Source of the DNA: Lingula anatina
Taxonomy: Eukaryota; Animalia; Brachiopoda
NCBI GenBank assembly: GCA_051362555.1
Contig: CM120640.1
Coordinates: 28,668,503 to 28,732,502 of the forward strand
Direction of reading: 5' to 3'
DNA: 64,000 nt
The translations under genes were made by a program, and so were the position numbers. Positions 1 to 8,272 of this stretch are shown piece by piece. The notes below the pieces were generated by a model that searched no databases, was not told where the DNA came from, and saw only the letters and a list, made by a program, of their open reading frames with translations. Every line of letters starts with the position of its first letter. Within the stretch, counting starts at the first letter, position 1.

Positions 1-111
1 CTAAGCCAAATTTTATATACAGTATTCTTTAAATACACAATCGACATCTCTGTTTGCTCTAAAATGCACTTTTCGTTACAGCGCATGAATCGTATATTAG
101 AAAACTGCACA

Positions 112-147
112 ACTTCCGGCTACTTCCGGTAGATGTGATCTTAGAAG
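112..147 (+). promoter_or_regulatory. Probable TTC1 core promoter/non-coding exon 1 with tandem ETS (GABPA/ELK-type) sites
   Basis: ACTTCCGG occurs twice, at 112-119 and 122-129 (10-bp spacing), followed by a donor-like AAG|GTAGGA at 147/148. The matching acceptor TTTTCAG|G at 621/622 lies 21 nt upstream of the TTC1 ATG. Tandem CCGGAAGT sites are typical of housekeeping-gene TSSs. Confidence 0.55.
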
Positions 148-642
148 GTAGGATGTTTTAAAGGTTATAAATACTTTTTTATGAAACAAATGTGGAGGAA
201 ATAAGCTGTTAATTTTTAGAAAGAGATATATTTCAAAGACAAATAACATGTACAAATTATTGATATCTCTATACGAATGATTGGCATAGATCTACTTTGC
301 ACAGTTTACTAGTTTAATTACTTCTTTTCTGCAACCACTTTCACTTGATGAAGTGCCTCGTTGTTTTGGAGCATCAGCTTTTACAAGAGCACCAGAAATT
401 AATGAATATAATCATTTGGTTACATTTTTAACCAGAATTTACAAGATAACCTCAATGTATATACATGTATAATATTAGTATATAAATGTATGTCTCTCCA
501 GCACTAACGGCGTAAAAGCATAGATTAGATTATGGCAGTGCACAGCTTTGTGAATTTGGTTTTAAATTTCTCAATCTTGAAAGTTTTTCTTCTTTATTTT
601 TATCGCATTCAACATTTTCAGGTCTAGAAATATTTTGGAATC

Positions 643-3481
643 ATGGCTTCAGTTGATCCAAATGATTTAGCTGGTGATTTAACTCAAAACTTGGAAAACT
701 CCTTAAAAGAAGAAAAGGCCAGAAATGAATCAGACTCAGATAAAAAATCCTTCATCAAAGATGATAATTATGGTATTAATAAAAAGGATTATCATGAAAA
801 TGAAAACTCTCAGCATCAAAAATGCGAAACTGATGTACCAGTAGATGAAGTTGAAGCAGGAGAAAGTGACTCTGATGTAGATAAATGTACAAAACCGGAT
901 GAGAATGATATAGTTGTAGATGAGGAATACATGAAGAAATTAGAAGAAAAAATGTCAGAAGAAGAAAAACAGGTATAAATAATAAAGTACTTTTTAAAAC
1001 TGTATTTACCTCTTTAAGGCATCGAAGATAGAAGCTATGGAAAATGGGTATCTCTAAATGGTGCAATACATTGCAAAACGGCCAAACACAGTGCAATGCA
1101 CATGAATAAACAAGTCCAGTTGCAAGTATACATGATAAATGGTCATTTCAAACAAAATGAGGTGATACAAAAGATATTAAAATATATTGCTAATTGATTA
1201 ATATTGTTGTTGCAACTTAAAGGGATAATAACTCTTCGTACGAGATCTATATTTCACAATAAAAACCTTGTGAATAACTCATAGAAATATAATATATTCT
1301 GTTTTACCACAAAAACAGCAGTTATAGATTTTATTCTGATATCTAAACTTGTCTTTAGACCACGTGACCTCCATTGATGTCTATACTCTGTTAAAATCTC
1401 TTAAGAGATTTTAACAAAAAACCAAACTTTTTAGAAAAAAACCAGGGACTAACTTTGAATGTAAAAATGGATTCATTAACCATTGGTAAGTATGGGAAAA
1501 TTGTTGTTTACTCCAGGAAAATTCATTTTTTGGCCGAAATGAAGAGTTATTATTGCTTTAACAAATCATGCTGGTAATATTATGAAGAAGAGTCACTCTC
1601 TGCCATTGGCTGCCGACCCAACAATATACAAGTCTCACCAATTTGTTAAATTATATCAGCGGTATTAATTATCTAGTAATATGTATATATTTTTTTATAT
1701 CACCCTTTTTTGTTTGGAATATCTTTTTTTTTTTTCAGTGTATTGTACTGTGTTGCGCTATATTGTGGTGTATTGCACAATTTAGGCAGACCACTTGAAA
1801 ATATATTGTTAATACAGTTTATTTATGATCAAATAAAATTTATTTGAATTAAAGCAAATGCAGTATGTATTCCTAAATGATTTTTTTAGGTAAGAAAAGA
1901 TGAAGCCCAGGCACTTAAAGCAAATGGGAACAGCCACTTTAAGGCCAGTGAGTTTCAACTTGCTATTTGCTCATATACCCAGGCACTCCAGACATGTCCA
2001 CTTTGTTTTCAAAAGGAAAGGGCTATCATGTATTCCAACAGAGCTGCATGTAGACTCCATTTAGTAAGTTTTTGAGTTATTATTATTATTATTATTATTA
2101 TTATTGAAGTTAAAGGGATAATAACTCTTCGTATGAGATCTATATTTCACAATAAAAACCTTGTGAATAACTCATAGAAATATAATATATTCTGTTTTAC
2201 CACAAAAACAGCAGTTATAGCTATTATTCTGATATCTGAGCTTGTCTTTAGACCACGTGACCTCCATTGATGGCTATACTCTGTTAAAATCTCTTAAGAG
2301 ATTTTAACAAAAAAACAAACTTTTTAGAAAAAAACCAGGGACCAACTTTGAATGTAAAAATGGATTCATTAACCTTTGGAAAGTATGGGAAAATTGTTGT
2401 TTACTCCAGGAAAATTCATTTTTTGGCCGAAACAAAGAGTTATTATTGCTTTAAGCAATTTCAATTGATAGAATGATTTCCCTAGATTGGTTCACTATTT
2501 AAAATATATAATTTAAACAATATTTTATAACAAAAACTGTGATAATTTTTCTTCGTTTAAAGATTGATACAAGGTATGTATTAAGGGCATTTTCTTTGAG
2601 GCATTTGAAAAAAAACTCTTTTCAGAAACAGTACGAAAAGGCTATTGAAGACTGTACCAAAGCACTAGAACTTAATCCTAATTATCTCAAAGCACTTTTA
2701 AGGAGGGCAGAAATGTATGAAAAGACTGAAAAATTAGATGAGGCATTAGAGGATTACAAAAAAGTAATTGAAATGGATCCAACACAACATACTGCAAGGG
2801 AAGCATGTATTGTAAGTCTGGTATCATAAAAACAGTCTCAAATACTTTAGATTTGTGTTACATGGTTTTCTGTAATGTGTCAATGTGTAGTAAGTGAAAT
2901 ATAAAAATGGTGTTCGTATATGTTTAAAAGCATTGCAAATTTGCAATAGAAAAAAATGCTAATAGTACTAAAATGTAACAGTGCAATATTCACTTAAATT
3001 TAAAGATATTGAAATAATTTCAAGTCAGCATATTGTTTTTATTCATAAGAGAACTAATCAGTGAACTTTTGAATCTGATTTAATCTATGTTTATTTTCAT
3101 CTCTTCAGCGATTGCCACAGCAAATTACAGAAAGAAATGAGAAAATGAAAGATGAAATGATAGGTAATTTTTATCTTCAGTCCTACATTTTGAAATATTT
3201 CACATTACAGCAAAATCTTTTAGACTGGTCTTCTGCTCTTTGATTTCAATAAAAATCAACATATTTATTAAAAATTTGATTCTTGAAACATTTGAGTTTT
3301 GTATTAATCTTATCATTCAGAGCAATAGTGGAAGTATTTACATTTTCTCATTCTAGGAAAGTTAAAAGAACTGGGGAACATGGTACTAAAACCCTTTGGA
3401 ATGTCTACTGACAATTTCAAATTACAGCAAGATCCAAATACAGGATCATATTCTGTGCAGTTTCAACAAAATGCAAAATAG
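643..3481 (+). CDS. TTC1: Tetratricopeptide repeat protein 1 (TPR co-chaperone), intact, 289 aa
   Basis: join(643..972,1890..2063,2626..2811,3109..3163,3357..3481) = 870 nt, all introns GT-AG, frame continuous. Acidic N-terminus, then [58 protein letters not shown] / [62 protein letters not shown] / [18 protein letters not shown] / [41 protein letters not shown]. This matches the TPR motifs and the characteristic GKLK.LGN..L.PFG.ST.NF...QD..TGSYS C-terminus of metazoan TTC1. Confidence 0.96.
1047..1792. mobile_element. Old foldback/MITE-like element in TTC1 intron 2, defined by ~55-bp degenerate inverted arms
   Basis: 1047-1101 (ggtatctctaaatggtgcaatacattgc...aacacagtgcaatgcac) is an imperfect reverse complement of 1738-1792 (gtgtattgtactgtgttg...gtattgcacaatttaggcagacc). 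A younger MITE is nested inside. Confidence 0.5.
1217..1561 (+). mobile_element. Non-autonomous DNA transposon (Kolobok-like MITE), ~337 bp plus TTAA TSDs
   Basis: TTAA|AGGGATAATAACTCTTCG ... GAAGAGTTATTATTGCT|TTAA. TTAA TSD with purine (AG) termini fits Kolobok rather than piggyBac (CCY termini). Near-identical copies at 2110-2454 and, inverted, at 10598-10943. Confidence 0.85.
2110..2454 (+). mobile_element. Kolobok-like MITE, second copy, in TTC1 intron 3
   Basis: Same TIRs, TTAA TSD and body as 1217-1561. It is absent from the duplicated intron-3 copies (e.g. ~12908-12921 reads gaagtgtagcaatt). Confidence 0.85.
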
Positions 3482-4160
3482 ATTTAAAAAAAATATCAAG
3501 GGTGGTGATCCTTTATACCACAAGTAAAAGTTTTCCATGTATTTGTCCAGTCAGAAGAAGCTGCAATTAGAACTTTTCTAAAATAGAGAACGTAGCTGGC
3601 TTTATCATCCTTCAGATGCCTTAAATGGTTTAGCTCAGTAGCAAGGATTGTTCTGATATTTATCAACTTGTTTAAAAGGGTACCACACAGCAGATATTCT
3701 TAACATAAGCCAACAAAAAACTATAAAGGATAAAGATAAGAATTTGCTTGATTGGCAAAATGACTGCTCAGGCATGGTTTTTTTTAAATATTAATTTAAG
3801 GTGATTTTAAAATATTTCCTGCCAAAATGAAGCCTTGATGCCCATATCTTGTCTGTCTACATAAGGAAGCAGTGCTGTGTCATCAATAGGTGCTGATGGT
3901 GAGAGAAAATCTGATTGTGAATAGAGTAATACAAAACGCCTTTTAAACTTTTTGAGCAAGCAGGAAGGAAAAGACATCTATTTACCCAAGAGAAAGAAAT
4001 GCAGATTGTCCTTAGAGCACAGATTCTTTTTATATCTGTTTGAGTTAAAGAAAACAGTTTATTGCCTCATTCACAATCAGTTTAGTTGGTTGTAGTTCAC
4101 TTGGATAAAAGACTGATTGCAACAATAAAATAATGCAATTTATTGTCTCCATGTGATTTC

Positions 4161-4164
<4 letters not shown>

Positions 4165-4218
<54 letters not shown>
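4165..4218. repeat. (AT)n microsatellite, ~27 units
   Basis: Perfect AT run, expanded only in U1. The other units have a short interrupted version (e.g. ~14546-14572). Confidence 0.95.
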
Positions 4219-4221
<3 letters not shown>

Positions 4222-4532
4222 ATGTACATAACTTTTGACATAAATATTATAAATGTACAAATTAAGCAACTGATGCTGCAAAACAAATAATAATAATAAT
4301 GAACAACTTTTTATATATATTTACCATGGTATTCTATTTACATTACATATGTACAAACATGAAACAAAATTTCATGTTTACTATATACAACCTGAACAAG
4401 TAAAAGCTCTCAAGATTGTTCATAATGTCCATTGCAGTTAATGGGTGCATATACATGGGTGGCATTTCATGTATGTACAGTGTTTATTTTTTTCATTCAG
4501 TTTTTATGAAAAAAAAAGGAAATACAGTCAGT

Positions 4533-6393
4533 TTAGTAGCGGACTAACTGGCGAAGCTTGGTGATAATCCAAGATTTTAGTTTCTTCATCCTACTGATTA
4601 TAGCTGTCCTCCTGGGCTTGGACACTATATATAAAGAAAAAGCATATATGTGAAATGAGGCTCATATTATCTCTTTGAAAAATTTCACTGAGGTATACTC
4701 TTCACATCTGGATACTTATACAGATACCAAATTTAGAACGGGAATGATTAAGAAGAATGTAAAAAAATTTACATTGAATTCTGCTAGTTGTTGAAAAATG
4801 AAACAAAATACCTTTTCCCTCTGTAGTTGGAGCTAAGTTTTCATCATCAAGAGGGATTTCTACAAATCCTGTGAAAAAATAAAAATTAGTGTCAAGGCGT
4901 GATATCATGGTGCCGTATTAGAATTGTAGTTGTATTTGTGTAAGGAAAGGATCTTTTCTATTAGAATACAATTTGTTAAATACGCTTTGCTTGGGTGAAA
5001 AAAAAAAGGTAGAATTACCTTTGCACTTCACAACATTTGAGTAGCTAACTGTCGTTTATGAAAAAAATGTGAACAATTTTGGATTTCATTTTTGCTTCTA
5101 TGATGTTAAGCCATGAGACTTTACCTTGATCAATACTGCTTTCCCTTTCCCAAAATGTGCGACAGCCAAAGGTAGAATCTGTCTGCACAAACACAGCCTC
5201 TCTCTGTACCCGCTCTGGGGCTAGAACACCGCTGCTAGGTGTAAGTTTTCTCAGGTGATAGATGCCCTCCACAGCTGAAAAAAGATAAAATCATGGAAAT
5301 TTTTGCCGCTAAATACAAGCTATATTAATAAATGAATGGAAAGGGTCCATATCTGCTTTAGAAAAAACAATCATAAAAATTCCTTGTATCTCAGGCATTT
5401 GTTTTATACTATTTCCAATGCTGAAAATTTACAAACATGAAGGTAGGCTTTTACCTTGAAGTACACAGTCATCTTTTCCAAAATATGTACAGCAGCCATT
5501 TGTGGAAACTGCCTGTACAAATACATTGTCTTTTTGTTCCTGCTTTGGAACTAGAACAGCAACACTGGGTGTACTGTTTTGTGGATGGTAAATGCCCTTA
5601 AGGACTGGAAATGAAAAATAAATATTGATTCATTCATCTTTAATAACAGTCATATCAAGAATAAAAGATGTACTTCTGATTTTGAAATACTTCAGATGCA
5701 AACAGATGCCCATAGCTATTTTCTCACCTTTTTCATCACTCCATCTTTCTATCATTTCCATAACAAAGGACTCCAATTTTAACATTTTAAACTGAAAATG
5801 TTGAGAAAATAAAAAACAAAATAAAAAATTAAATAAACATAAAATAAAAAGAATAGATATTTTTTTTAAAAAATGAAAGAAAGTAAGAAAAAGAAAGACA
5901 GATAAAAATAATCAAACCAATGGATAACAATGGAAGCAAATATAAATGTTATGACAGATAATTCCAACTCAAAGTAACGTCATTAAAGGAAATCTAGGAA
6001 ACTTTCAAAACGTACGTAAGATAAAACCCCAATCAAGGAAGTTTTCGATAAAAACAATTTATTTGGCTTGTCTTAATTTGGTGTTTATTTACTTTATTTT
6101 CGAAGGTTCTTCTGCTGTTTTTTTTTATTATTTATTTTGTTCAATTTTTAAAACTTTCAAACGTCCAAAGCTGTAGATCTAAATGTCCGGGAGAAGGTTT
6201 TGCATATAGCCGTACGAAAATTTCTTTTGCCGATTTTTCGTAAAATGTATGCCCACATGCATAAAAAACATTTAGGAAGAAAAGTAACTGGCGTGATTTA
6301 ATAACTCTAACATATAAAACATCATAAAAATATTATCGTCTTCGATTAAATGAAAATATCTTCCTGAATTTTTTCGATACTCACCTCGCTCAT
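4533..6393 (-). CDS. Uncharacterised spliced orphan gene, copy 1 (~173 aa): two 50-aa repeats, acidic FVEIPL motif, cationic amphipathic C-terminus
   Basis: complement(join(4533..4624,4812..4868,5125..5274,5455..5604,5728..5791,6385..6393)) = 522 nt. All introns are GT-AG with pyrimidine tracts, and the last four are phase 1. Protein: MSEFKMLKLESFVMEMIERWSDEKVLKGIYHPQNSTPSVAVLVPKQEQKDNVFVQAVSTNGCCTYFGKDDCVLQAVEGIYHLRKLTPSSGVLAPERVQREAVFVQTDSTFGCRTFWERESSIDQGFVEIPLDDENLAPTTEGKVSKPRRTAIISRMKKLKSWIITKLRQLVRY*. The first 9-nt coding exon is less certain; an alternative ATG lies at 5785. Confidence 0.8.
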
Positions 6394-6560
6394 TGAAAAA
6401 ATGCGCAAATCTGCCGCTTTTGTTGCTAGGCACGCTCTCCAATGTGATTGGCTGAAAGTTCGCTGAAACTCGAGCGTTTACGTTTTTTTCCGCCTCCGAC
6501 ATACATGCAATGGAAAAGAGTGACGCCTGTGAAGCTTGATCGCTTGTCAGGATTCCATAT
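6394..6560 (-). promoter_or_regulatory. Putative promoter/5' UTR of the orphan gene
   Basis: Locally CpG-rich patch in an AT-rich background, with inverted CCAAT/ATTGG boxes (~6439-6452) and a TGACG CRE half-site (~6521). It lies directly upstream of the strong - strand donor GAG|GTGAGT at 6385/6384. Confidence 0.45.
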
Positions 6561-7264
6561 CCCGTTATGAGTGATGGGTGCTGGCAAATATACACTGTAC
6601 ATTTCATTACAAAATAGGCACGTTGCCAAAGATGGTATGTCTTTTTCTCTGTCAGAATTCTCTGATATTCTCGTTTTGTTCGTTCAAATATGGCAATATC
6701 CAAGGAATAATTTACACATGAAATTCAGCTTCTTTCATTATCATTTCAGAACTTCAAAACACAATTTTGAAAGCTACGAGGACTTATTTGCGTACGTCTT
6801 TGACCTCATAACTACCAACCCGTAATTTTATTTATTTTTCAAATTTATATGGGATTTGCTGAGCAAAAAGTCATTTTGTAAGTCGGCATTCTTTTAACAA
6901 AAGTGTTTTTTTTTTCTATGTACTTTAATTGTGTTTGCTCCATTTTGTTTTACTTCATCTTTGTTGAGGTTTTTTGTTCAGGAAGAAGACCCCTTTCACT
7001 CTTTTATATGTCAGCATTATTTAAAAAAAAAGCTTTAAAATATCTTGTAACACAGCTTTATGCAGACTTAAGGGGCCTAGCAATTAAATCTCAGAGTGGT
7101 TTTATTTTATCTTTAAATCCTATATAGGCCACTGTAAGGATGGCATGTGTGGTAGGTGGGGGAAACCATTAAGGTAGTATGAGGCTTTGCTTTCAAGTAG
7201 GTCCACCATATTTGATCCTTGAAACAGTTAGTCCTAGGATCAAACTGTATTGAATGCGGCCCTA

Positions 7265-7988
7265 GATCCAACACAACATGCTGTGGGGGAAGCATGCATT
7301 GTAAGTGTAGTATTACAAATACTGGTCTTAGGTATTGCAGATTTTTGTTATGTTGTGTATTTTTGTGTAGTAAAACCAAATATGAAAAACAAACGGTGTT
7401 CATATGTTTGAAAAACATTGATTTTCAAAAAAGTGCATATAGGAATACAATATTAGAAAACAGAGGTTACCATAGCAATTTGAAGAAAGAAATGATAAAA
7501 TGAAAGATGCACTGATAGGTAAATTTTATTTCAGATATTTTAGCACTACAATACCAGTACATTTTGAAATACTTTATATGAAAGCAAAATGTTTTAGACT
7601 GGTCATCTGCTCATTGATTTTTATAGCAGTCAACATATTTATTAAAATTTTGATTCTTGTTACATTTGAGTTTTGTATTAATCATCTCATTTTTGAGAAT
7701 TTGGTTTTATTGACAGAATTGGCAGCTCTAGCATGGATTTTTAAAAATATCAATTAAGGGTGTTCTTTAAATATTTCCTGCCAAAATAAATTCTGGATGC
7801 CAAAATCTGATATCTGTCTACAAAGGAGAGTGGTGATTTGTGCTCAATAGGTGCTGTTGGTGAGAGCAAATCGGATTGCAAGTAAAGTGATAAGAAAAGC
7901 ACCATTTTTACTTTTTGTTTTCAGCAAGCAGAGGAGAATAGACATCTATTTTCTTAAGATGAAGAAATGCAGATTGTCCTTAGAGCAG
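7265..7988 (+). pseudogene. Old, decayed TTC1 3' relic (end of exon 4, intron 4, exon 5, part of intron 5, 3' UTR); repeated in every unit
   Basis: gatccaacacaacatgctgtgggggaagcatgcatt|gtaagt resembles the TTC1 exon 4 end. gaaagaaatgataaaatgaaagatgcactgatag|gtaaattt resembles exon 5. 7710-7988 resembles 3750-4020. Many substitutions and deletions. Confidence 0.8.
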
Positions 7989-8272
7989 GGGTTTCTGCAG
8001 GATTTGCATCACAGTAGGTCAACATTCCAAAACGTTGATCTGTAATTTGGTAATTTGGTCACCAATTTACAAGAAATTCAACTACAAATATACTGTCATT
8101 CCTAAATATTTCATAAGCCATCCAGCCTTTTTTTTTTTTGAAAAACATAGGTTGTCTATTGTACTAAATGAACACTGGATGGCTATCTGGGAAAAGTCTT
8201 GCCTTAGAGTCAATTTGATCTTTTTATATCTTGTAACACAGCTTCAGGTATAAGATAACAATATGTGGCCTC

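Noticed and set aside
1217-1561. piggyBac assignment for the TTAA MITE
   Set aside because: Termini are AGGG rather than the CCY typical of piggyBac; Kolobok-like fits better.
6272-6703. 143-aa - strand ORF (and the 66-aa MSEAEKNV... versions in other units) as a gene
   Set aside because: Truncated by indels in U2-U6, reads through the GTGAGT donor, and splicing in its frame hits an immediate stop (G|TT TAA). It overlaps the promoter/exon 1 of the spliced gene.
7219-7503. Cys-rich 94-aa ORF (CIECGPRSNTTCCGGSMHCKC) resembling a metallothionein or toxin
   Set aside because: Starts at TTG, has no signal peptide, and is an out-of-frame reading of the decayed TTC1 exon 4/intron 4 relic. It recurs only because of the tandem duplication.
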